In this document: in pieces, positions 1 to 7,540 of the stretch
Layout of the letters: every line of letters begins with the position of its first letter
Numbering within the stretch: position 1 is the stretch's first letter
Virus record (IMG/VR): IMGVR_UViG_3300009164_000061
Location: 58,377-78,376 of that record
Source of the DNA: an uncultured virus (IMG/VR IMGVR_UViG_3300009164_000061)
Lineage: Duplodnaviria > Heunggongvirae > Uroviricota > Caudoviricetes
DNA: 20,000 nt
Direction: 5' to 3' (one strand)
Notes under the pieces: generated by a model
The model's input: the letters and a program-made list of their open reading frames with translations, nothing else
Database searches by the model: none
Told to the model about the DNA's origin: nothing
Position numbers and translations under genes: made by a program

Positions 1-325
1 CTCGATCAGTACCTGAACCCACATAATCATCCATTAAGTCCGTTTCATCTGGCAATAATGGGTCCGGTGCAAATTGATCCTTACGTGGAACTTTAGTAGT
101 TGGACACTCTAATCTGGCTTTAGTATCCCACCATTCAACCTTTAATGGATAGTGTAGGGTTTTACTATAATAGGCAGTGTAACCTTTGTGCTCTAACTTG
201 ATTGAACTAGGCACTAACTTAATTAAACTAGGTTCTAATTTAATTGTTGCAGGGTCTTTAATAAAGCCAGTACATAGCAGTAGAGCAAGTACTACAGCTA
301 CTGATAAAAATTTAAAAGTTTTCAT
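1..325 (-). CDS. DNA/RNA non-specific endonuclease (Serratia NucA/EndoG-type) with N-terminal signal peptide; runs off the window start
   Basis: Manual translation from ATG at 325: MKTFKFLSVAVVLALLLCTGFIKDP...HKGYTAYYSKTLHYPLKVEWW...RKDQFAPDPLLPDETDLMDDYVGSGTDRG. The F-x-PDP...DY-x-GSG-x-DRG(H) motif is typical of this family. Absent from the ORF track because the stop lies outside the window. Confidence 0.85.
   Translation of the reverse strand, partial: MKTFKFLSVAVVLALLLCTGFIKDPATIKLEPSLIKLVPSSIKLEHKGYTAYYSKTLHYPLKVEWWDTKARLECPTTKVPRKDQFAPDPLLPDETDLMDDYVGSGTDR
188..244 (-). repeat. Imperfect 21-nt tandem repeat (about 2.7 units) encoding IKLEPSL-IKLVPSS-IKLEH
   Basis: Minus strand ATTAAATTAGAACCTAGTTTA / ATTAAGTTAGTGCCTAGTTCA / ATCAAGTTAGAGCAC. 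Confidence 0.75.
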
Positions 326-331
326 ATTTTT

Positions 332-339
332 TATTTATT
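332..339 (-). promoter_or_regulatory. Putative late promoter (AATAAATA)
   Basis: TAAATA core 6 nt upstream of the nuclease ATG; same core as at 2049, 2446, 5480 and 19089. Confidence 0.45.
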
Positions 340-402
340 ATGGAAAGTTTATTAGGTTTAATAGTATAATATATTTAACAAACACTATAAACCTATCAAG
401 TT

Positions 403-774
403 ATGAAAAAATTAATCTTCGCAATCATTTTCGCTGTAAGCTTTCAGGTTGCAAACGCCCAAACTAATTCAACTGAACAAGATCGTCAAGCCGTTGCCTT
501 TCTTAAAGACCGTTGCTTAACTTTCAATCAAGGTCAAGTTCCAATCAAGATCAATAACCCAAAGGAGTTAATGGACTCTTTAGACAATAAGAAAATAAAC
601 TACAGTTATACAACTTACACTTTTGCAGGCAATCAAATTAATGATGAAACTTGCATGGGAGGTAGCAGTGATGCAAAGGTTGGAAAAACTGCAATTCCTT
701 TTGTGAAGTACTACATTTACACTAAAGGCGGCTTAACCTATATTGAATTAGTAGACGGTAACTCTTACTTTTAA
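403..774 (+). CDS. Hypothetical exported protein
   Basis: 123 aa; classical signal peptide MKKLIFAIIFAVSFQVANA|Q; followed by a terminator. Confidence 0.8.
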   Translation: MKKLIFAIIFAVSFQVANAQTNSTEQDRQAVAFLKDRCLTFNQGQVPIKINNPKELMDSLDNKKINYSYTTYTFAGNQINDETCMGGSSDAKVGKTAIPFVKYYIYTKGGLTYIELVDGNSYF

Positions 775-791
775 ACTTCTCAACCCTAACC

Positions 792-822
792 AAAAAGGGA
801 CTCATTAGAGTCCCTTTTTTTT
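792..822. terminator. Bidirectional rho-independent terminator
   Basis: AAAAAGGGACTC-ATTA-GAGTCCCTTTTTTTT between convergent genes. Confidence 0.9.
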
Positions 823-845
823 ATGTGTGAGTGTTTGTTAGTTTA

Positions 846-2018
846 TTAACCTCGGCCTACTTGACCTTCTCCCTGCTTTTTACCACCAGTTCCGCCGCCA
901 GCTGGAACATTTGGGGCTCCTGTCCAAGTTTGAACACTTTGAACTCTATCAAACCATTCATTAAGATTATAGGCGCTAGCTTTAGACAGAAGTCCATTTT
1001 TAATAATATCAGTATATCCTGCAAAAACTGCAGCTCCGTCATTTCCAAATTCAACTGGAGATTTGGTTGGAGAAACTGCCTCTGCTATTTTGGTGAATAC
1101 TGCGGTTAATCGTTTTACACCTTCAGGTAAAAGCTTGAATTTTTGAGACTTCTCGTTGTACGAAATCAATATTTTAAAATCGGCAGAGCTTAATCCTGTC
1201 CAGGCAGCACCAACATCCGGAATTGGATTATTGACTAACATACGTTTACCTTTAACGAAGTTAGCCGCACCATTCGCAATTGCGGTAGTTGCAGCAGCTG
1301 AGTCCTTTCCATTAACGTATCTTGTAAAATAGTCACCTGCTACTGGGTCATTTTTTGCAATATGATCCGGCACTCCAAGCGCATTTAATAGATTAATTGA
1401 AATAGCTGCAGCAATCATATTTGAAATTGAGCCTAATTGGCCAGGTTTTGCCCAATAATAACTAAAACCTCTTGCGTCAGCTTCAGCTACTGGATTGCCT
1501 AATGTAAATTTAAGCACAAAGTTTTGACAATTACCAAGATAAAATTTAAAACGAGTAACCATATCGGCTTGGGAATTTGCAAATCTAACGAGTGCAAGCA
1601 TTCCATTATTTGAAGCAGTTATTGTGATTGGTCCAGTTAGGTCAGCCTTTTTAAGAAAGATTGTACCTGTTTCAAGTAGTTTTCGACCGTTGATCTCTAA
1701 CATATCGTCTCCAGGTTTTGCAGTCTTTTGAGTTGAATCTAAATTAATTGTGATTCGAGTTTTGGCCTCAGCTCCACCAAATTTACTACCGTCCGTATCA
1801 ATAAATCTTAATGATGCAATGTTTTGCATTGTTAATGTATAGACAATATCCTTTTTTATTCCAATATTTGCAGCTAATTGATCAGTAATATTTGATGCAC
1901 TAGTTGAGGACGAAATGAATGCTATACCATCAACTGCTGGAGCAGTAGTAGATAAAGGAGAAGCTTCAGTTGCCTCGTTTATCCAACTGGCATAGCTTTT
2001 AATTAATTGATTTTTCAT
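846..2018 (-). CDS. Hypothetical protein, probable internal virion protein
   Basis: 390 aa ORF; N-terminus MKNQLIKSYASWINE resembles a capsid-targeting sequence; GATAAATA upstream. Confidence 0.8.
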   Translation of the reverse strand: MKNQLIKSYASWINEATEASPLSTTAPAVDGIAFISSSTSASNITDQLAANIGIKKDIVYTLTMQNIASLRFIDTDGSKFGGAEAKTRITINLDSTQKTAKPGDDMLEINGRKLLETGTIFLKKADLTGPITITASNNGMLALVRFANSQADMVTRFKFYLGNCQNFVLKFTLGNPVAEADARGFSYYWAKPGQLGSISNMIAAAISINLLNALGVPDHIAKNDPVAGDYFTRYVNGKDSAAATTAIANGAANFVKGKRMLVNNPIPDVGAAWTGLSSADFKILISYNEKSQKFKLLPEGVKRLTAVFTKIAEAVSPTKSPVEFGNDGAAVFAGYTDIIKNGLLSKASAYNLNEWFDRVQSVQTWTGAPNVPAGGGTGGKKQGEGQVGRG

Positions 2019-2048
2019 TATATTATAGAGTAATTATTTTCTAGGTAT

Positions 2049-2056
2049 TATTTATC
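2049..2056 (-). promoter_or_regulatory. Putative late promoter (GATAAATA)
   Basis: AGATAAATAAT 30 nt upstream of ATG 2018; the identical 11-mer precedes the 2425 gene. Confidence 0.6.
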
Positions 2057-2083
2057 TTTTGTACTATTTGATATTTCAGGGTT

Positions 2084-2425
2084 TTAAAGTACATCAGCCA
2101 CTATGATAAATTCAATCCAACCTAAGTCATTTCCGCTTATGTCAGATAGACTTTCAGTATACCTATCCCATTCAGCTAAATCTTCCAAATTATCAAGGTC
2201 TATCCATTTATCCATATACTGATTGGTTTTGTTCTTTAGTACCCGAATTGCAGCATTAACTTCAGGATCACCGCCCCATTCATCAATCATTTTATCTAAA
2301 CGGTTGTCAAAAGGTTCTTTGTCAGCTAAACCTAGATCCCTTAACTGGTTAAGATCATCATCTGGATCCAGATTAGCCTCAGATTCCTGGAGTATAAATT
2401 GATTAAATGGTTTAATTTGTCCCAT
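2084..2425 (-). CDS. Acidic hypothetical protein, probable internal virion protein
   Basis: 113 aa; MGQIKPFNQFILQE N-terminus; LRDLGLA motif. Confidence 0.8.
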   Translation of the reverse strand: MGQIKPFNQFILQESEANLDPDDDLNQLRDLGLADKEPFDNRLDKMIDEWGGDPEVNAAIRVLKNKTNQYMDKWIDLDNLEDLAEWDRYTESLSDISGNDLGWIEFIIVADVL

Positions 2426-2445
2426 TTTTAAAGAGATATTTTGAT

Positions 2446-2453
2446 TATTTATC
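2446..2453 (-). promoter_or_regulatory. Putative late promoter (GATAAATA)
   Basis: AGATAAATAAT 20 nt upstream of ATG 2425. Confidence 0.6.
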
Positions 2454-2527
2454 TAGAGTCGACCAAATTTAAAAAAGGTTGGTACTATAAACTCAAGTAA
2501 TAATTTTTTAAATTAAACCAAAAAAAG

Positions 2528-2836
2528 ATGAAAACGTCAAAGACAACATCAAAGTCTGCTACTAAGGTTGCAGCAAAGTCAGTATCAACTCCAGTAGTTG
2601 CAACTGTTTCACGTAGTACTAATAGCCGTAAAGGTGCTAGCTACAAAAAATTATCAATTCCACAAAAATTGGAAATCATCACTAGCCGCAAGCGTCGTGG
2701 AGATAACCAGGTAATTGCTGCTGAATTGAATGTGACCCCTACTTACGTAAGTGGAGTAGTAAACGGCCGTCACCAAAACACTAAAATTGTGAATCGTATG
2801 TACGATAAAGTACGCGGTCGCAAGGTAGTTGCATAA
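2528..2836 (+). CDS. Basic helix-turn-helix DNA-binding protein (Cro/XRE-like) with K/S/T/A-rich N-terminal tail
   Basis: GDNQVIAAELNVTPTYVSGVVNG fits an HTH pattern; very basic; A-rich leader; terminator downstream. Confidence 0.7.
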   Translation: MKTSKTTSKSATKVAAKSVSTPVVATVSRSTNSRKGASYKKLSIPQKLEIITSRKRRGDNQVIAAELNVTPTYVSGVVNGRHQNTKIVNRMYDKVRGRKVVA

Positions 2837-2856
2837 GTTTAGTAACTCACAACAGC

Positions 2857-3147
2857 CTAAAGGGAATCAGTTAATGGTTCCCTTTTTTTTGTGATTTGAA
2901 CAGTTAGATCACCAGTGCCTTGTAGCAATCGGTGCCATTCGCCTTTTGGAATAAGGACTGGGCTGGTTAGCACTCTAGGCAAACAGTTCTCAAATTGAAT
3001 GAGCCAGTCAGTTTGGCCTAGCGATTCAACCACTCGATCTTCATCATCACGGTGCCAAGTAAGTTCTTCCCGATCAAGCTCGGCACTGAATTTTCGGACT
3101 GAGATTTCACCAGTAATTTGGGTTTCTTGAAATGGAAGTTGCATCAT
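2857..3147 (-). CDS. Cupin-like conserved phage protein
   Basis: WHRDxEDR and IPKGEWHRL resemble cupin motifs 1 and 2. Confidence 0.7.
   Translation of the reverse strand: MMQLPFQETQITGEISVRKFSAELDREELTWHRDDEDRVVESLGQTDWLIQFENCLPRVLTSPVLIPKGEWHRLLQGTGDLTVQITKKREPLTDSL
2861..2890 (+). terminator. Rho-independent terminator
   Basis: AGGGAATC-AGTTAAT-GGTTCCCT followed by a T run, just after the 2528 gene. Confidence 0.75.
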
Positions 3148-3150
3148 TTA

Positions 3151-3438
3151 TTACTTTTTACCAAGTTGGCGTTTTACTTCAGCTCTAACGCTTTCCATCT
3201 TTTTTGCATAAGTTGGATTCTTTTTACGGTTAAACACAATTTGCTGATTAATACTGCCTGTAATTTTTTGCATGTTCCTTTTTCTGGTTCTGATTAACCA
3301 GCTGGCCAAGGCCTTGACCCCAAGCGTCTTGAATTTACCATTTGCATCAGGTGCACCAGAGTCATGCCAGTCCGGCGAGCCCTTTGGTTTTTTGGCTTCA
3401 GTAATTAAAAAATCGTTATAATATAATACGTGTTGCAT
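3151..3438 (-). CDS. Basic hypothetical protein, probable internal virion protein
   Basis: MQHVLYYNDFLITE N-terminus; tightly packed in the minus-strand operon. Confidence 0.75.
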   Translation of the reverse strand: MQHVLYYNDFLITEAKKPKGSPDWHDSGAPDANGKFKTLGVKALASWLIRTRKRNMQKITGSINQQIVFNRKKNPTYAKKMESVRAEVKRQLGKK

Positions 3439-3447
3439 CGTTGTAGA

Positions 3448-3966
3448 CTACTTTTTCTTTGATTTTCTGACCCTTTGTGCCAGATCCTTGTCGGCCTTGC
3501 CCCAAGTTCCACTTGACTTTGTAACAAATGAATTTACTCTGGCATGGGCCCAGGCAACCTGGCTCTGACCTGGACGATGACCCGTTTTCCAGGCAGCCAT
3601 ACCTCGATTAAACACCTGTTTAAGAATACCAAACGGCATGCCGTATTTTTTGGCTTTTGCTTTTAGTGAAGTATCTGCTGAACTTGATTCATTAATCTCT
3701 GCCCATTCCCCAAATCTCCAAACTTGGGTCTCATTCATTTCACGGTTTACCTCCTTGGTAAACGGGCTCTTGACCTTTGAGCCTTTGAATTTGCCAGATT
3801 TATCTAGATCACCGGGCATTGGTTTATAGGCTGATGAGTCTGAATCGCTCATCTCGGCTTGACGCTTCATTTGAGACTCTTTCTTCGCCTTTTGTTTTGA
3901 GTCTAGACCTTTAAAATATGGACCTGACTTGCTGGTCACTTTTTTCTCGTTAAGATTCATCTTCAT
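3448..3966 (-). CDS. Conserved viral protein with GHRPG motif (DUF5824-like)
   Basis: ILKQVFNRGMAAWKTGHRPGQSQVAWAHARVNSF recalled as a motif shared by large phages and NCLDVs; family name not verified by search. Confidence 0.7.
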   Translation of the reverse strand: MKMNLNEKKVTSKSGPYFKGLDSKQKAKKESQMKRQAEMSDSDSSAYKPMPGDLDKSGKFKGSKVKSPFTKEVNREMNETQVWRFGEWAEINESSSADTSLKAKAKKYGMPFGILKQVFNRGMAAWKTGHRPGQSQVAWAHARVNSFVTKSSGTWGKADKDLAQRVRKSKKK

Positions 3967-3974
3967 TCTTTTTT

Positions 3975-4559
3975 TTACCAGAAACCTGGGTAAGTTTTAC
4001 CGCCCCAAAGATGGGCATAACGGTTAATACGGCAAGCCCAGTAACCTGCACTCATGCGGTCCGTTTTAAGATGGCACTGGTGGCGGGCTGCAAAGCTTTT
4101 ACGAGCAGCCGGATTGCTTACTTTTGCAGTAAGCCCGCCGTGAACATCGCCAAATGCAATTTTCTTGACTTTACCAGTGGCCGGATTCTTTACATAGACA
4201 TGGTACTTCTTGGCTCCGCCGCGTTGAGGTTTACCAAGTTCAACGGTTTTACCCTGATACTCGGCCTCAAAAATTGGAAAGTCAAGTAGCACAGTCTGGC
4301 CCTCAAATTGGGCAACTCGACCAAGATCAGTATCCCTAAATAGTTCTCGATCAACTCCGGATAATTCAATCTCTCCAGCCTGCCAAACCCTGCGAGCCTC
4401 AACAATTAAGCGCTGATGGGCAAGACTACCGGGTCTAAAAATAGATTCGCAAACCGAGAGGCCAGCGGTTAGGTGGTACTGTAGGGATTCTTGTAGTACC
4501 TCAGCTTCAGCTGTTTCAGTATAGGCTTCAGTTATCCAAGCCTGGAATGGTTTCAACAT
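3975..4559 (-). CDS. Conserved phage protein (T4-like aquatic phage family with RKSFxARHxC...YWxC domain); start reassigned to ATG 4559
   Basis: A-rich leader directly before MLKPFQAWITE; the track's start at 4664 overlaps the upstream gene. C-terminal EAEYQGKTVELGKP...KIAFGD...ARKSFAARHQC...YWAC. Confidence 0.75.
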   Translation of the reverse strand: MLKPFQAWITEAYTETAEAEVLQESLQYHLTAGLSVCESIFRPGSLAHQRLIVEARRVWQAGEIELSGVDRELFRDTDLGRVAQFEGQTVLLDFPIFEAEYQGKTVELGKPQRGGAKKYHVYVKNPATGKVKKIAFGDVHGGLTAKVSNPAARKSFAARHQCHLKTDRMSAGYWACRINRYAHLWGGKTYPGFW

Positions 4560-4633
4560 TTTCTTTTTTTCTTTTTTCTCGGCCACGCCCAAGGGGGTAA
4601 CCGTGGCGGTGCAGGCACGCCCAATTTTATCCG

Positions 4634-5008
4634 CTAAAATCGCCATCGGGTTTCCAGTGTCCAATAAATTTGGTTTTCAGTAAATCCCATCTCTGCCATG
4701 CGTTTTGCAAAGGGTTCAAATACTACACCTAGCAGATCGGGTCTAAACCGCTTAAGCGTTGCTGCAACTGCTTTTGCTCGGCGAACCAATTTTGCCCTGT
4801 CCGTAATTAGTTTAGACATTGATACCGATTTACTTACTGGGTTTGCGGAGTCTATTAGGTTTCTGGCACGTAACCAGTCCTTGTCTTCTGGGTAATGCGC
4901 GTCAATTTGGCGGTCGGGTGTTGCAGCCGCTAGGCCAAGTTCGGCCATATCAGCATATTCCTGATATAGATTTTCAAAAATGTGGAATGGTTTAATATAC
5001 TGTTTCAT
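4634..5008 (-). CDS. Hypothetical protein, probable internal virion protein
   Basis: MKQYIKPFHIFE N-terminus; MAELGLA motif. Confidence 0.8.
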   Translation of the reverse strand: MKQYIKPFHIFENLYQEYADMAELGLAAATPDRQIDAHYPEDKDWLRARNLIDSANPVSKSVSMSKLITDRAKLVRRAKAVAATLKRFRPDLLGVVFEPFAKRMAEMGFTENQIYWTLETRWRF

Positions 5009-5012
5009 TTGA

Positions 5013-5474
5013 TTATAGTTTATTTAATTGAGGTAGAGTTTCGCCGGTTTCCACGAGGTACCAGGTATTGCGGTTAACAACGTGCAATACCTCAGCTCCG
5101 TGTCGACGCGATTCAGTAAGAAGATAATCCAGGATTAATTTTTCATTTTTACGACTGGCCTCAAAATCAATGGTTGAGCCGTATGCTCTGGTGTCTAGCC
5201 CTTTGACCCGTGCAATCTGGTCTGACCAAGTATCCCATTCCGGGTCCATGGGAGAAGGCCAATCCCCAAAAAATGCCCAGTTAATAAAGGATTTACCAGT
5301 ATCTATCCCAATCTCTAGGATACCGTATTTAATGGTTGCCTCGATTAGTTTAAGACCGTTGGCAAGGCCTAATTGATAGAGCTCAAGTTGATCAATAATC
5401 CGTTGAGCCTCATCGGAAAGCCCAATAGACTCATTTAGTGCAAAATTATGAAATTGACTAATATACTTCTTCAT
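5013..5474 (-). CDS. Hypothetical protein, probable internal virion protein
   Basis: MKKYISQFHNFALNE N-terminus; LYQLGLA motif; first gene after TATAAATA. Confidence 0.8.
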   Translation of the reverse strand: MKKYISQFHNFALNESIGLSDEAQRIIDQLELYQLGLANGLKLIEATIKYGILEIGIDTGKSFINWAFFGDWPSPMDPEWDTWSDQIARVKGLDTRAYGSTIDFEASRKNEKLILDYLLTESRRHGAEVLHVVNRNTWYLVETGETLPQLNKL

Positions 5475-5479
5475 GAGGT

Positions 5480-5487
5480 TATTTATA
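5480..5487 (-). promoter_or_regulatory. T4-type late promoter TATAAATA
   Basis: Exact T4 late consensus 5 nt upstream of ATG 5474, heading the minus-strand operon. Confidence 0.7.
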
Positions 5488-5519
5488 GGAGCCTGTTCCG
5501 CGGATTTATTTAATTTATT

Positions 5520-6062
5520 AGCCTATTAGGTAGACCCCAACCCGGGGGAGAATTTGCTCCAGGTAGAGTGTGACCTCCCAAATGAGCCCAGGAAACCGCC
5601 TCCGGGCCTGGGGAGAATCTTGAAATAGCTCTTGGGCACATTTGGATTTCTGGTGAATCCTGGTCCGTGGAGAAACCGGAAAAAAGTAAAGTGCTGCGGC
5701 CGGCCTCCAGGAGTACTTTTTTTATGTCAGCAAAGTCACTCCTGGGGCACCTCCCGGAGTCACCCCGGGCTGCTATATTGTGAGCCTGGGGCAGCTCCGG
5801 TAGTGACCGCCAGGGCAGTCCCCAGGGGCAGCTCCTGGCCGGGAGTAGTTCACTTTTTGCTGCTCCCGGGGCAGCTAGCCCGGTGGCAGGCCAGGAGCCG
5901 GCTGGCCAGTTGCTAGTTAGCCAGCTCCTGGCCGGTGCTGGGCTTAGCTAGTAGCCGGTCGGTCTAGAGACAGGCCGAGCTTAGCCTAGGCTGGAGCTGG
6001 TCTAGTTGGTAGGTACCCCGCCGAAAGTTGGTTGACCCCGCCGAAACCAAGTTAAGCTTAAC
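5520..6062. other. GC-rich non-coding repeat/palindrome block at the late/early divergence (origin, genome end/packaging site or structured RNA?)
   Basis: GGGGCAGCT x3 (5788, 5825, 5868); CAGCTCCTGGCCGG x2 (5829, 5922) with inverted GGCCAGGAGC (5889); ACCCCGCCGAAA x2 (6015, 6035); palindrome GTTAAGCTTAAC (6051-6062). Confidence 0.6.
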
Positions 6063-6149
6063 CTAACCTGCTCTAGAGAAAAGGAATCTATCTAAACTTT
6101 GTATCTGGATAGAGTATAAGATTTCTGTAAAATATAGTTTAGGTAGAAG

Positions 6150-6443
6150 ATGTTATTACAAACCTTGGTTGCAGAATTCCTAAGGATTCTCGAGAAGTCT
6201 GGCCGCGACTGGCACCGGATAGCATGGGCAATTCGCGGACTGGAATCTGAAGTTAAGAGGTCAAGTCTTACCCAGGAATCCTGGTATCCGGAATTAGAAG
6301 AGTATTTAGAGAGCAGAGTTGTTGAAGCCTTGCAGCTCGCAAAGGACGAGGCAATAGTGCGGGAAGAGTTTGAATGGGCGCATGAAATAACCGTTAGACT
6401 AACCGAACTTGGTTGGGAAAAATTACAGGAAGAAGAATGTTAG
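6150..6443 (+). CDS. Hypothetical protein with UvrB/UvrC-like coiled-coil motif
   Basis: AIVREEFEWAHEI resembles the UVR motif. Confidence 0.7.
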   Translation: MLLQTLVAEFLRILEKSGRDWHRIAWAIRGLESEVKRSSLTQESWYPELEEYLESRVVEALQLAKDEAIVREEFEWAHEITVRLTELGWEKLQEEEC

Positions 6444-6625
6444 ACAGACCAAAGGATATAATCGATCAAACTCTTGAGACTGCCTTATCCAGACCAGGTC
6501 TAATTGACTGGAACTGGATCTTAGCCGATCTGAGCAAAAAAAAGATTCTGGTAGAAAAACGGATTCTTTACCGCAGGGTTAAAGCTCTGCTCAGGTCTAG
6601 AAGAGAAGAACCTTGGTTATGGTAA
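6437..6625 (+). CDS. Hypothetical protein (start reassigned to ATG 6437)
   Basis: MLDRPKDII... overlaps the upstream stop by 7 nt, suggesting coupling. Confidence 0.6.
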   Translation: MLDRPKDIIDQTLETALSRPGLIDWNWILADLSKKKILVEKRILYRRVKALLRSRREEPWLW

Positions 6626-6652
6626 GATATAAAATATAATAGAAAATACAAT

Positions 6653-6874
6653 ATGAAAAATAGAACAGAACAGATTGGTGCTCTACTTGGAGCTCTTGCA
6701 ATTGGATTAGTTGCTTCAGTAATAATGGCTTTTCCGGTCAAGTGGCTCTGGAACTGGTTGGTACCCGAAATTTTTACTGGTGTTGCACAGGTTTCTGCAC
6801 TGCAGGCTTGGGGTCTAGTATTCCTAATCCAATTGCTGGTACCTAAATCCGCAAAAGACTTAAATAAGAAATAA
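6653..6874 (+). CDS. Small membrane protein
   Basis: Two hydrophobic segments; WLWNWLVPEIF...ALQAWGL. Confidence 0.8.
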   Translation: MKNRTEQIGALLGALAIGLVASVIMAFPVKWLWNWLVPEIFTGVAQVSALQAWGLVFLIQLLVPKSAKDLNKK

Positions 6875-6878
6875 TATC

Positions 6879-7109
6879 ATGGGAAAAGGCGGACGCAAAG
6901 GCGGAACAGAAGACAAGGTACAGGACCGAATAGACAAGTCTAGACGAGCAGAACCAGATCCAGGAAAAGAATTTTGGACCTATCTACAAATGGTACAGGA
7001 CTGGGCAAAGAGACATAATTTTTCCTACACCGAACTCGAGGTCAAGCAGGCCTGGGCAAGCGGACAATGGGCTGAAGATTTTATCCTAGCTAAATGTAAA
7101 CGTAGATAA
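6879..7109 (+). CDS. Hypothetical protein
   Basis: 76 aa, 4 nt after the upstream stop. Confidence 0.7.
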   Translation: MGKGGRKGGTEDKVQDRIDKSRRAEPDPGKEFWTYLQMVQDWAKRHNFSYTELEVKQAWASGQWAEDFILAKCKRR

Positions 7110-7127
7110 CTCTTAACCGAATCTTTT

Positions 7128-7179
7128 TTAAAAAAGGTCCCTAACTATTTTTTTAGTTGGGGATTTTTTGTTATATTTG
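7128..7179 (+). promoter_or_regulatory. Terminator-hairpin/early-promoter cassette (type B)
   Basis: TCCCTAACTA-T5-TAGTTGGGGA-T6 then TATATTTG (7172-7179), the Bacteroidota -7 consensus TAnnTTTG. Confidence 0.75.
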
Positions 7180-7200
7180 TATTCTAAAACCTGATAAAAT

Positions 7201-7365
7201 ATGTTGTGGTCATTAAATTGTAGTTACTACCAGAAAAGTTTCCGCACGGTGCAGGAATTATTGGACGATATCCTCGAGAGCGGTGTAGATCCAAATTACG
7301 AAATTCTACGCGACGGCAAACCAACCGGCGAAAGCGCTTGGGACCTAATCGGTCCCGAGGCCTAG
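7201..7365 (+). CDS. Small hypothetical protein (54 aa), not in ORF track
   Basis: MLWSLNCSYYQKSFRTVQELLDDILESGVDPNYEILRDGKPTGESAWDLIGPEA directly behind the promoter cassette. Confidence 0.7.
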   Translation: MLWSLNCSYYQKSFRTVQELLDDILESGVDPNYEILRDGKPTGESAWDLIGPEA

Positions 7366-7442
7366 CCGCCCGCAACCTTGCACCGGTTGGACGTTACCCT
7401 TTGCGGAACGGGCGGTAGACTCCGACCTATGTGGTACCCAAA

Positions 7443-7511
7443 TTGTTAATAACTTTTCGCAAAAATAATTCACTAAAAATTTTTTGGTGTCAAACCTATT
7501 TGTTATATTTA
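7443..7511 (+). promoter_or_regulatory. Early promoter cassette (type A)
   Basis: TTGTTAATAAC (7443) ... GTGTCAA (7487)-N10-TATATTTA (7504). Confidence 0.75.
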
Positions 7512-7540
7512 CTCTATCAAACCAATCTAAAAAATCAACT

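Noticed and set aside
186..467. Plus-strand 93-aa ORF
   Set aside because: Antisense shadow of the nuclease gene; its repeats come from the nuclease's 21-nt duplication
4560..4633. Small GC-rich intergenic hairpin (GCCACG/CGTGGC) with TTGGGCGTG twice on the minus strand
   Set aside because: Short stem, no U-tract in the sense direction, and no further copies seen
831..5376. Alternative ORFs 831-1109, 857-1054, 3638-3829, 4011-4289, 4190-4405, 4698-4895, 5170-5376
   Set aside because: They lie within or opposite better-supported minus-strand genes and lack leaders or motifs
5632..5916. 94-aa ORF in the GC-rich island
   Set aside because: TTG start without a leader, atypical composition; open only because the region is GC-rich
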